Positions 37,733-47,329 of a stretch of 64,000 bases of DNA are shown here, piece after piece; within the stretch, counting starts at the first letter, position 1; every line of letters starts with the position of its first letter. The DNA is from a virus. A program made the translations under genes and the position numbers. The notes under the pieces were generated by a model. The model saw only the letters and a list, made by a program, of their open reading frames with translations. It searched no databases and was not told where the DNA came from. The stretch spans positions 1 to 64,000 of IMG/VR virus record IMGVR_UViG_3300027833_000013; one strand, written 5' to 3'.

Positions 37733-38734
37733 TTAAGTATCTTTAGACTCTGTTACAACAGTTTCTTGAATAGCAACTGGTTCGGCATCACTGCTAGTAT
37801 GTATTAGTGTACCATTAACAACACCGACTACATAATTAACAATTTTGTCATCCATTGCCATTAAACTTTCGTTTGAACGATTTGTTGATTCTTCTTGGGT
37901 GATACGAATTGGATCGTAAATTCTAGTAGTTTCACCCAAGTCTAATACGGTAAAGTTGTCTGCGTACGGATAGGAAACATTTACTGGAAATGTCGATCCG
38001 TGTACCGCAGTAGTTGTAGTACCTACACAGTATGCTAAATGTTGTCCAACACTATCGCAACCTAAAAAGTGATCAGCATATTTAATCATTGATGCCCATT
38101 GTCTTATATTCAATCCTTCAGGCATAGCTATTTCGTTTTTTAAACCTTCGCCTTTAAGATCAATTTTAAGTTCGCTCATCATAACAATAGCGTAATCTTT
38201 TTCTAGATCCTTTAGCATTAACTTTACATCTTTAAATTCAAAACTTCTAGCAGTATGATCAACTGGAGTGTCGTCGATAATCTCAATGCCGCGACCAAAT
38301 GGTTGAATTACTAATAATTTTTCTTTTTTAAGTTTCTCTTTAACTTCATTGATTAGCCTGCGACCTACAAGTAATTCTTCTTTGCTAAGTTTCATTGTAG
38401 GTTTAGGTAATTCTCGCACACCTTGGTTATTTAACTCAATATCAAATGCTTGTGCTAGACTGCACTTTTGATTATAATATTCCCAAACTCTGTATGGTTC
38501 TGGATATACTACATCTCTACTTTTTAATACATCTTTAAATAAATTTTTGTGCCACGGGTCGTAAGCCCTTGCATCTAATGTCGGGTGGCCTTTGAACATA
38601 TCAGTTCCGCCTTCGCACACAATTACAAAGTCAGTATCACCCGAATCTTGTTCGTATAATTCTAGTGCTGGGATGGAACACAGCATTCTGCCTGCGCCCC
38701 CGTTTAAAAAAAATGCTTTTGATCTAGTTGTCAT
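37733..38734 (-). CDS. Glycosyltransferase family 9-like (ADP-heptose transferase-like)
   Basis: GT-B pattern: N-terminal GGAGRM+CSIPAL, +IQPFG, I..AD.FLG.DS..QHLA..+G......G.T. Confidence 0.7.
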   Translation of the reverse strand: MTTRSKAFFLNGGAGRMLCSIPALELYEQDSGDTDFVIVCEGGTDMFKGHPTLDARAYDPWHKNLFKDVLKSRDVVYPEPYRVWEYYNQKCSLAQAFDIELNNQGVRELPKPTMKLSKEELLVGRRLINEVKEKLKKEKLLVIQPFGRGIEIIDDTPVDHTARSFEFKDVKLMLKDLEKDYAIVMMSELKIDLKGEGLKNEIAMPEGLNIRQWASMIKYADHFLGCDSVGQHLAYCVGTTTTAVHGSTFPVNVSYPYADNFTVLDLGETTRIYDPIRITQEESTNRSNESLMAMDDKIVNYVVGVVNGTLIHTSSDAEPVAIQETVVTESKDT

Positions 38735-38754
38735 GTTACCTCGTTATACTCCAT

Positions 38755-38810
38755 AAAAAAAGACTGGGTCCAATAATATATATCAAGTATACACCATGAA
38801 CCCAGTCTTT
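38755..38810 (-). terminator. Long hairpin plus U-tract separating fibre-tip genes from the GT9 operon
   Basis: AAAGACTGGGT/ACCCAGTCTTT arms (38800-38810 and 38759-38769), extendable through G-U pairs on the - strand, ending in T7. Confidence 0.7.
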
Positions 38811-38833
38811 ACTGGATTGAGATAATAGTTAAC

Positions 38834-39544
38834 TTAGCCGTTAGCTTCTGGCAACTCGTAGTGCGGTAATGGTGCTTCAGGAAATGGTATTTTCCAATGA
38901 TTAATACCTGCGTATCTCACGTCTGCTGCCACTTCTTTTAACCAAACTGATCTGCTTTTTAAGAGTGCTATATCACTAGCAGATAATCCTGCTATACAAG
39001 TTTCATCTGCTACTGCCAAGTCAAGAACTCTTGCTTGTTCAGTACAGCTATCAAGTACACTCTGACGTGAGTTTACGTGCTCTCTAAGAACCGGTCCAGC
39101 CCATGTATTAGTTTGTGAGTTATATGTTAAACTTTCAGACCAATGTAAGTGCGCTAACATACCTGTTGTGCCTTCGTACTGATGAGTCCAAGTCCACGTA
39201 GTACCGTTAGCACATGTAATTTCTTCTTCGTAATCTTCAACATCTGGATGCGTATATTCATGCGTAATGTATGCACATCTCATTGCCATTTCGGCACTTT
39301 CATGTGAATCGATTAAAAGATAATCATATATGTCATGTTCATAATACTGTGGATCAATTGATCGATCATCTAAACTGTCTGATCTTCCGCCTTCTCGAAC
39401 TTGATCATCATCAAGGTCAATTTGACATAATACATATCTAGGTCCTGTGTACACACACTCAAATGTATCATCTGAGTCTGCATTAGGACTATATGGTTGT
39501 TCTGGTAACGCTACTGTGAACGTTGTTTGTGTAAATGTTGCCAT
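38834..39544 (-). CDS. Probable tail-fibre assembly chaperone-like protein
   Basis: Acidic 236 aa directly after the fibre-tip genes; C-terminal ..R..WLK+......HWKIPFP resembles phage fibre chaperone tails. Confidence 0.4.
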   Translation of the reverse strand: MATFTQTTFTVALPEQPYSPNADSDDTFECVYTGPRYVLCQIDLDDDQVREGGRSDSLDDRSIDPQYYEHDIYDYLLIDSHESAEMAMRCAYITHEYTHPDVEDYEEEITCANGTTWTWTHQYEGTTGMLAHLHWSESLTYNSQTNTWAGPVLREHVNSRQSVLDSCTEQARVLDLAVADETCIAGLSASDIALLKSRSVWLKEVAADVRYAGINHWKIPFPEAPLPHYELPEANG

Positions 39545-39568
39545 TGTTTTTCTCTCTCCAATTTTAAT

Positions 39569-40531
39569 TTATGTTGCGACAAATCTAATTTTAATTATAG
39601 CATCGCCGCCTGCCCAACCGTTATCTCTAACGCCTGAACAAGGTGTAGCCGCTGGCCCGCCGGATCCGTGTGGTACGTACATTGTACAACCTTGTGTATC
39701 GTAGCACTGGCATATTCTTGCACCGTCCCAGCACTCAGTCCATGACGTACCTTGACTCGGCATACGACTCATTGCGTTTAGTGCTTGTATATATCCCTGG
39801 AACCCCATACCTGACCACTCAGAGTGGCCGTTGTCACTATCAAGACCATAAGAAACAACTCCGCCACATTCACTAAAGTATCCAGGAGCAATTGGAACAT
39901 GGTGTATTGTACTACAGTTACAGTTTGGATAACAGTGCCAGTAAGTACTGCAACCAATGTTTCCCATTTTGTTTTGGCCACTGTCTCCACCGTATGCACA
40001 TGCACACCAAGCACCTGGACAATGGTTACATACAAGTCCACAATATCCACTGTATGTTGTTCCGCAAAAGCCGTTCGCCATCATACAACATCTACGTGCT
40101 GTACCTGTAGTACAGAAACTAGTTCCTGATCTACCGCCTTCGGCACATATACAACCGTTTGTGCCGCCAGCTGTCCAACACGCCATTCCAGCTTCCGAAC
40201 ATCCTCTGTTACAAAGTCCATTACCTCTACAACTTTTGCCTGCTCGCATACAAATGTAACAGCCACTTGCCATTGCCAAATTGCTTCTTTTAACATAAGC
40301 TCCGCTGTTTCCAGGCAATGTTGCTGTACAACAGCACTGTCTCGAGCCCGATCCGCCTGCGCCGATTACTTCTAATTCTACTGTTCCTGCTGCCGGTGCA
40401 ATCCAACAATGACAGCCACCGTATGTAGTATAATCAGTAACAGTAGAAAATGCAAACATTTTACCTGTTTCTAAATTATCTTCAGCCGCTGGAGGCGATC
40501 GTGTTGCTAATATTGATTGTAATGATGCCAT
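39569..40531 (-). CDS. Cys/Gly-rich putative fibre-tip protein, paralogue 1 (32 Cys)
   Basis: E+.GAGGSG...CCC...PGN.G.Y.K and terminal G..GG...++I.F glycine-rich frame. Confidence 0.7.
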   Translation of the reverse strand: MASLQSILATRSPPAAEDNLETGKMFAFSTVTDYTTYGGCHCWIAPAAGTVELEVIGAGGSGSRQCCCTATLPGNSGAYVKRSNLAMASGCYICMRAGKSCRGNGLCNRGCSEAGMACWTAGGTNGCICAEGGRSGTSFCTTGTARRCCMMANGFCGTTYSGYCGLVCNHCPGAWCACAYGGDSGQNKMGNIGCSTYWHCYPNCNCSTIHHVPIAPGYFSECGGVVSYGLDSDNGHSEWSGMGFQGYIQALNAMSRMPSQGTSWTECWDGARICQCYDTQGCTMYVPHGSGGPAATPCSGVRDNGWAGGDAIIKIRFVAT

Positions 40532-40542
40532 CTAGCTACTCC

Positions 40543-41499
40543 TTAATTCTCTATAAACTTAATTCTAATTGCACCTTGGCCACCTCTGTGACCATGGTCT
40601 CTTACGCCAGGACAAGGAAATGCTCCGTGTCCGCCAACACCATAAGGAACAGTACTTTGACATCCGTTAGTGTTATAACACCCACAGCTCATGTCGCTTC
40701 TATAACATGCTTTCCATGGTATTCCACTTCCTGGTGATCTACCTGCACCTGCTAACATTGCAACAGTTTGTCCGTAACCCATACCTGACCAACGCGACGC
40801 TGAACTGTCATTTGAGTTAGCAAATCCAACAACTCCGCCGCACTCTGCAATCATTCCTGGAGGAAATGCAACATATGATCTAAAGAAACAAATGCATCCT
40901 GGGTAACAACCATGATAACCCATACAACTAATATTTCCGCATCTATTTACATCTCCGCCATATGCAATAGCGTCCCATTGTCCTGAACATTGGTTACAAA
41001 TAGTACCGCATTGCGGTCCTACGTTAGTATTACAAAATCCGCCAGCGGTAAAGCAACAGTATAATGCTGTGTTAGTCGAACAATAGCTAACTCCGCCTTT
41101 GCCGCCTCTAGCACATAGACATCCGTTAGTAGATGTACTCGTCCAACAAACTGTTGACGGTTCTGAGCATCCTCTAAAACATAGTGCATCTGAGTTACCA
41201 CAAGCAAACCCTGTACACCCGTATAGGAAATTGCCTGTGTTCATTGTAATTGTTTTCTTTGCATATGACCCTGAATTACCAGGAATGCCGCCACCGCAAC
41301 AACACATCTTTGCACCACTGCCGCCCGCGCCCCAAACTTCAATTTGGGCTGAACCTGTAGATGTAGGACACCAACACCAGCATCTGCATGCCTTAGTATA
41401 GGTATTGCCTTCGGTGAAGCTATAAATCTTGCCAGTCTCTAAGTTATTCTCTCCGCTAGTTGGAAGCTTCGCCTTTAATAATGTTTCTAATGATGCCAT
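40543..41499 (-). CDS. Cys/Gly-rich putative fibre-tip protein, paralogue 2 (32 Cys)
   Basis: Collinear with paralogues 1 and 3. Confidence 0.7.
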   Translation of the reverse strand: MASLETLLKAKLPTSGENNLETGKIYSFTEGNTYTKACRCWCWCPTSTGSAQIEVWGAGGSGAKMCCCGGGIPGNSGSYAKKTITMNTGNFLYGCTGFACGNSDALCFRGCSEPSTVCWTSTSTNGCLCARGGKGGVSYCSTNTALYCCFTAGGFCNTNVGPQCGTICNQCSGQWDAIAYGGDVNRCGNISCMGYHGCYPGCICFFRSYVAFPPGMIAECGGVVGFANSNDSSASRWSGMGYGQTVAMLAGAGRSPGSGIPWKACYRSDMSCGCYNTNGCQSTVPYGVGGHGAFPCPGVRDHGHRGGQGAIRIKFIEN

Positions 41500-41527
41500 A
41501 CCTGTTTATCCTTTTTTGTACGATTAC

Positions 41528-41860
41528 TTATACTGCGCCAATGATCCAACCGTATGTGCTACCACTATACGTTAGAGTAACAATTGCGCCGGATACGTCA
41601 ATGGTTAAATCTTCAGTTGCTCCATTAATTTTAGCACTGTTACGCCCAATAGTAATATTGTTAGATTGTGCATTACCTGCAATGTCTAATATTTGTATTG
41701 TGTCGCCTACAAGCACCGACGAAACTGCCGGTAATGTAATAGTATATGCAGAACTAGCCATATTAGCTAATATCCTGTCATTTACTACAGCACTATAAGT
41801 AGTACTAATTTCTCTGTTTGTAACACCGGCTGTACCGATTGTTGTAATATATCTTCCCAT
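41528..41860 (-). CDS. Small fibre-associated beta-domain protein
   Basis: TITLP.....GD.+.+.D..G....NNITI.RN..KING...DL.+D......L.Y.....GW motif seen in phage fibre proteins. Confidence 0.65.
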   Translation of the reverse strand: MGRYITTIGTAGVTNREISTTYSAVVNDRILANMASSAYTITLPAVSSVLVGDTIQILDIAGNAQSNNITIGRNSAKINGATEDLTIDVSGAIVTLTYSGSTYGWIIGAV

Positions 41861-41881
41861 GGTTGTTTTTCCTTTTAAGTA

Positions 41882-42205
41882 TTAAGTAGCGGTTGAGGTT
41901 TCAATCCCCATTACTACAGCTGAAATATTTGCCGAACTGCAATATGCAACTATTTTTTGCGTGGCAGCTAGAACAATACCTGTTCTCTCTAGCACCCCTT
42001 TAGCAAGAATTTCTACATCATACTCGATGTATTCGCCGTTTGTCGGTGTATCTAAAGCCGCTACTGCAATACGCATTGTTACTGCTTGGTTGCCTCTATT
42101 AACAAGGTTTAACGAAGCAATTGTATATGTGTCTGCTGGACATGCATATACAGTTGTGTTTGTTGCTCCGGATAAATCCGCTTGTCCTAGTCTTCCTGTT
42201 GCCAT
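41882..42205 (-). CDS. Small virion structural protein (107 aa)
   Basis: Beta-rich; resembles 53013..53342. Confidence 0.6.
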   Translation of the reverse strand: MATGRLGQADLSGATNTTVYACPADTYTIASLNLVNRGNQAVTMRIAVAALDTPTNGEYIEYDVEILAKGVLERTGIVLAATQKIVAYCSSANISAVVMGIETSTAT

Positions 42206-42220
42206 TTTCTCTTCTCCATT

Positions 42221-45200
42221 TTAGTTCAGTAAGAACATCTGTAATGCTACTGGTGCACCAGTTATCCCACCTTTGAAGTTCACAACATTATTTATGTTAA
42301 TTGGACCTCCACTAGTAGTAGATATTTGATTTTCAGTAATTTCAATTACACCTGCTGTTACACTGTTAACATTCAAAGTAGCAACACCGCCACCAATTTG
42401 TGATGTAATATAAGTTTTAATTGCTTTTTGTGTTGGTACAATACTGTCACTATCTGCACTGAATGTACCGTCTGTACTAAATTCACTAATAACTGCGCCT
42501 GCGCCGCCTAATGCAACACTACCTAGTTGTAGTTCATTTAGTCCACTAATATTAAACGCTTCAACGTTTAGTGTAGCAATACCCGTAGCCTGTTCAACGT
42601 TGAACAATCCGCCAACCCTAAAGTTACCATCTTGGTCAGTACTTGTGTAAAATACTCGTCCGCCGCCAAAGTTATTTGTTTCAACTAATGGATCAGGAGC
42701 TGATAATGGATCCTGTGGGTAATTAGTATTAGTAAAGTTACCAGTACCAATGTCTAAGAAATCGTGCCCTGTTAATCGTACTTGACTAAAACGTCTTCTT
42801 ATTGTAATTGCATCTAAGTGCGGTGGACGTTCGTCTGCCTCTAATTTAGGACTAATTTGAAGCAATGCACTATACGGGCCGTTGCCTACTAAGTTAGTAA
42901 TTGCTACTAGTTTATACCATGTATTTGACCTACTTGCAAATTCTACGTTCGAACCTTTTTGCGGAATTACTGATAAATTATCAACTCTTACTTTAGTACC
43001 AGTTTGATTAATATCAGCAAAACCGTCACCGTCTATAGTAGCCGTTGCTGTAATATATCCCGAGCCTCTATTAGAGAACGTAGGTTGTCTTAATACTCCG
43101 TTACCTACTCTAACAGTGTGTGCCATTTCAATAGTATTATTTGGATCTACTAGTGTCATTACCGGTGGACTAGATATACTATATCCTGTGCCCGGTTCAA
43201 TGATTCTAATTTCAATAACTTTCTCATCTGATACTCTTGCTCTACCCCTAGCCCTAATTCCACTTGCTGGTGCTTCAAATATCACCCTCGGTGATATAAT
43301 ATATGCAGTTGTTGAATCTAGAGTTGATGCTATAGCTGAACCAATTGCATGATTCCAACCTGCTGTACCATCTGAGTCTTTAAATACTGTTGCTACTTTA
43401 CTGCCGGAGTTAAATGTACCAATAACACCATATTGTCCAGCACCTAATCCACTAGTAATATAAATGCTCATTCCGTTGTATGCACCTGTTGCATTAACAT
43501 CAGTTGCCGCTAAACTAATTTGTGTTGTGTTGCCTGCTTGTGCATTACTTGCAACTTCTTTATATCCGTCTCCGCCATAAGTAGTACTGTCTGAATCAAT
43601 TTGTACTTCAAACACACCACCTGTTGCAATATTAGTAGCACTAACTGCCGCTCCAAATCCGTCTCCTCCAATAGAGTAACGAGTGGCAGCACCTATTGTT
43701 GCAACATCAAATGTACAGTTAGCCGCGCCACCACCACCAACTAAACTATCAACAACTGTAATAGTATCGTTTTCTGCGTGTCCCGTTCCGCCTTTAACAA
43801 CTGATACTGCATAAGTGCCATTAGATTCGACTTGTAGTGAAAATTCTTGTCCTGTGCCTGATCCTGTACTCGTTCCAACAATGCCATGATATGTTCCTTG
43901 AACTCGAAGATTATCAAATCCACTAACTGTGTCAACAGTTAATATAGATGATGTTTGCTCAGTAGTATATCCTTGGCCTGCATTTAAATATTCAAACTGT
44001 AATACTTGTGCTGATCCATCAGTAAATACTGCCGCAACTTGCGCTTCAAGTTGTTGGTTATCAATTCTACCTGTTACAGGAGTTTCAGTTGCATCAATAC
44101 CTTCAGCTACTGATCCAAAATCACCATAAGAGTTGTTACCGTTAGTAGCACGAACTTTACCACCTGATTCTGCAAGGTAGCCAATGTGGCAATAGTAAGT
44201 AAACACAGAAACAAGTTCTGCTCTGCCCAATTCGCTAACCCAAAAGCCAATGCCGTCACTTAAAATCTGTGTAAAGTCGTTTGCAACAATACTGTCATTG
44301 CCGCCGTTGTGTATTGAACCGTCTACTTTTAAACCAATACACGCTGTACCAAAGTTTGATACGTTTTGTACGTATGGGGACTTATTAATAATCCATCCGC
44401 GTGTATCGTCTGGACCCCAACCTGGATCTAAACTTACAAATGCGCCTGCGCTTGGACGCTTAGTACCAAACGAGTTTGCACTACTTAAAGTACCTTCTAA
44501 TCCACTTAATGAACAGTTTCTTAAACCAGTGCCGTTGCGCATATAAAACATATCTTCTAGTTGATTGTTTGCAACTGAGTTAATATAAAAACGTCCTGCC
44601 ATAAACACGTTATAGTTTGAATCGTATATTAAGTCTATTTTAACTGCATCAAGATATCGGTTGACATCACGTGTACAGGCTGCTATAGTATATGAGTAAC
44701 TTCCGTACGTTGCCGCAATATAAGCATGAACCTCTGCAATCATATATGCTCTGTTTTGTTCGAGCACTTCTACAGCGTAAGTGTATCCAGTAGATGTTAT
44801 AGGAGTATTAGATCCTCGATATAGCGGAACTGTACTATCTCCAGATGCTCCGTTAATACCGTAATCAATATAATCAGCTAATTCAGTAAATAAGTTTGAT
44901 GCATATGCACCTGCTGCCGAACTACCTGCTGGACGAGTTACTACTTGTGTTGCCGAGTTTCCTGATGACTCTGTAACATTTGCGTTTGTTACAATGCTTG
45001 AAGCTATTGCCGCTAGTCTTGCAATTGCCGCTAAACTTTTTGGAACATCTTCAGATGAAGTAACAGTTCCTGCAGGGCTAATTTTAGTTGAGCGCAATTC
45101 ATCGCCTACAACCGCTGTATCTTCAGGTACTCTAATTGGAAGTGTTTCAAAGAATTGTCCTGTTTTCACAAATACTGTTTTTTGCGCACGAGTCTCTTTT

Positions 45201-47305
45201 GGTATTCCAGTAATAACGCCTGCTGTAATTGCCGCTGTTGTAATACCAATTAAGTTATTTACAACAGTTTGTATACCAACAGTTTCTGTAAGTGTCGCTG
45301 GTTTAATTTGTGTAATCGGAGTAGCTACACTGTTTAGTGTTTGGTAGTTAGCTGCCGGGTCTACTTTACTTAATACTGCATCTGTTAATGTAGCAAGGTA
45401 ATTAAGTGCCGCTACTGTTTCTGCTGTTTGGCCTGCTACATAACTTGCACCTTCTGGTGTAAAATAAGCAAGTGCAGATTGTCTGTTTTTAACATTTCCG
45501 CCGTGACTAATATCCCATACAAGTGCATCAATAAGTATACCTGCATCTCTACGACAAGTTTCTTTAGTATATGTAAAGCTACTCGTGAACGGTGATCTGT
45601 TATTAGCAATACCGTAGTCAATCCATTCAACCACTTCAGCTTGCATAAACGCTCTGTTTTGTGCTAATATTTCTCTATCTGCAACAGCAAATGCGCCCTT
45701 TTCAATTTGTTCACATGCAAACCGTATAGACTTAAATGGCCTATCTAATGTAATGCCGTAGTCAGGTGCATCGCCGTCGACTCCTTTAACAGAATCACAG
45801 AAGTAAACATGATTTACATATCCAAAGTATGTCCATTCAGGCGCTGTTGCCGCATCATTAACTTTTAATATTTGGCCTGGTTTTCCAACTGGTAAACGTG
45901 CTGGTCCTGATCCACCGTAATAAAGTATGTCGCCTGCTGTTGTTAGGTTACCGGATTCAGCACCACCTGATAAGAAATTCCAATATGTTCCTGCTGTGTC
46001 AGTTGTAGGATCATTAACTCCTGTGCTCGATGTGTGTGCTAAAATACAAATATATGCATTAACTCCTGACGAAACAACATCGCCTGCATCGTAAAATGTA
46101 GAGTTAGTATATGCCGATTTCCATGCCGCGCCTTCATTTAACTTTTCCCAATAGCTTGCGTTTGGAGGACGCTGTCCGTTTGAGTTTGCAGTAGCTAGAT
46201 ACGTGTAGCCACCTAGTCTTACAACGTCACCAGTTCTATAATCTTCATTAGCACTGTCATCTCCATAATCACCACGTAAGTTAAATCCAGTTACAAATAC
46301 TTGCCAGTCGCTTGGTTGTTCTGCTGGTTTTTTCTCTACGTTATTTGTTCTAGCAATATATGTATATCCGCCGTAAGTTACAATGTCGCCTGGTTGATAT
46401 TCTGAGTATGCTCCCCAAGTATCTTCAAATTCTAATCCTGCAACAAACACCGACCAGTTAGATTGATCTAATCTTAAATTTTCATGTGTTGCATTTGATG
46501 TATGATGTCCTGTACAAATCCAAGTTCCGCCTGAATCTTTTACTACATCATTAATTTTATAACGATATGCATTTGCCCATTCGCCTAAGTATTCAATGCC
46601 CTTGTGGAAGTAATCCCACTTTGACTGATCTGCTTCTAGACCACTTGCTGCCGTAGCTGCCGAAGTATGTCCTACGTTGGCTCTATAAACTTGTCCGCCA
46701 TATCTAGCTAAGTCGCCTACCCGATAACGTGTGCTAATTTGCCATACGTCTTTCCAGTCTTGACCATCGCTCATCATGTCCCATTTAACTTGATCTGCTT
46801 CTAGTCCAGTAGTAGTAGTAGACGAACTTACGTGATATACTGTACAAATATAAATTCTAGATCCATACTTTACAATATCATTTACTTTATAACGAGTATT
46901 TATTGCCCAATTAGCTTTGTAATCAAATCCTTCTGAAAACAGATCCCAATATGCCGCAGTACTGTCATCGCCTAAATTACTTTCAAGCCCACCAATGATA
47001 TCATCATCGGAAATGTGTCCTGTATTTGCAATATACAGTAACCCACCGTATTTCACAACATCATTAATTTTATAAACTGTTTGTGCAGTCCAATCGCCCT
47101 TCCAAGTTTGGCCGTCGGAAAATTGTTGCCATTTGGGTGTTGCATTATTCAAGTCTAACATAAAGTCAGTTTGTGCAATGTGCCCAACAACACATATAAA
47201 CGTTTTACCGCCATATCTTACTACATCATCTTTGTAGTAAGTGGTAGAGGAAGACCATTCGTCTTTCCAAATAAACCTAATTCTACCTAACTTAAACTCT
47301 GCCAT
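42221..47305 (-). CDS. Giant fibre/structural protein B1
   Basis: Probable start at ATG 47305 after GGAG. N-terminal W.G.W.....Y...D+V.YGG..Y+C carbohydrate-binding-like repeats, two CxRD helical repeats, beta-helix-like region; paralogue of 47369..52252. Confidence 0.8.
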   Translation of the reverse strand: MAEFKLGRIRFIWKDEWSSSTTYYKDDVVRYGGKTFICVVGHIAQTDFMLDLNNATPKWQQFSDGQTWKGDWTAQTVYKINDVVKYGGLLYIANTGHISDDDIIGGLESNLGDDSTAAYWDLFSEGFDYKANWAINTRYKVNDIVKYGSRIYICTVYHVSSSTTTTGLEADQVKWDMMSDGQDWKDVWQISTRYRVGDLARYGGQVYRANVGHTSAATAASGLEADQSKWDYFHKGIEYLGEWANAYRYKINDVVKDSGGTWICTGHHTSNATHENLRLDQSNWSVFVAGLEFEDTWGAYSEYQPGDIVTYGGYTYIARTNNVEKKPAEQPSDWQVFVTGFNLRGDYGDDSANEDYRTGDVVRLGGYTYLATANSNGQRPPNASYWEKLNEGAAWKSAYTNSTFYDAGDVVSSGVNAYICILAHTSSTGVNDPTTDTAGTYWNFLSGGAESGNLTTAGDILYYGGSGPARLPVGKPGQILKVNDAATAPEWTYFGYVNHVYFCDSVKGVDGDAPDYGITLDRPFKSIRFACEQIEKGAFAVADREILAQNRAFMQAEVVEWIDYGIANNRSPFTSSFTYTKETCRRDAGILIDALVWDISHGGNVKNRQSALAYFTPEGASYVAGQTAETVAALNYLATLTDAVLSKVDPAANYQTLNSVATPITQIKPATLTETVGIQTVVNNLIGITTAAITAGVITGIPKETRAQKTVFVKTGQFFETLPIRVPEDTAVVGDELRSTKISPAGTVTSSEDVPKSLAAIARLAAIASSIVTNANVTESSGNSATQVVTRPAGSSAAGAYASNLFTELADYIDYGINGASGDSTVPLYRGSNTPITSTGYTYAVEVLEQNRAYMIAEVHAYIAATYGSYSYTIAACTRDVNRYLDAVKIDLIYDSNYNVFMAGRFYINSVANNQLEDMFYMRNGTGLRNCSLSGLEGTLSSANSFGTKRPSAGAFVSLDPGWGPDDTRGWIINKSPYVQNVSNFGTACIGLKVDGSIHNGGNDSIVANDFTQILSDGIGFWVSELGRAELVSVFTYYCHIGYLAESGGKVRATNGNNSYGDFGSVAEGIDATETPVTGRIDNQQLEAQVAAVFTDGSAQVLQFEYLNAGQGYTTEQTSSILTVDTVSGFDNLRVQGTYHGIVGTSTGSGTGQEFSLQVESNGTYAVSVVKGGTGHAENDTITVVDSLVGGGGAANCTFDVATIGAATRYSIGGDGFGAAVSATNIATGGVFEVQIDSDSTTYGGDGYKEVASNAQAGNTTQISLAATDVNATGAYNGMSIYITSGLGAGQYGVIGTFNSGSKVATVFKDSDGTAGWNHAIGSAIASTLDSTTAYIISPRVIFEAPASGIRARGRARVSDEKVIEIRIIEPGTGYSISSPPVMTLVDPNNTIEMAHTVRVGNGVLRQPTFSNRGSGYITATATIDGDGFADINQTGTKVRVDNLSVIPQKGSNVEFASRSNTWYKLVAITNLVGNGPYSALLQISPKLEADERPPHLDAITIRRRFSQVRLTGHDFLDIGTGNFTNTNYPQDPLSAPDPLVETNNFGGGRVFYTSTDQDGNFRVGGLFNVEQATGIATLNVEAFNISGLNELQLGSVALGGAGAVISEFSTDGTFSADSDSIVPTQKAIKTYITSQIGGGVATLNVNSVTAGVIEITENQISTTSGGPININNVVNFKGGITGAPVALQMFLLN

Positions 47306-47329
47306 CAGTGACTCCAATATTATTAATAG

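Noticed and set aside
39569-41499. Cys-rich ORFs as RiPP precursors or selenoproteins
   Set aside because: They are about 320 aa with a conserved folded glycine-rich frame, have no in-frame TGA, and there is no radical SAM or cyclase gene in the window.
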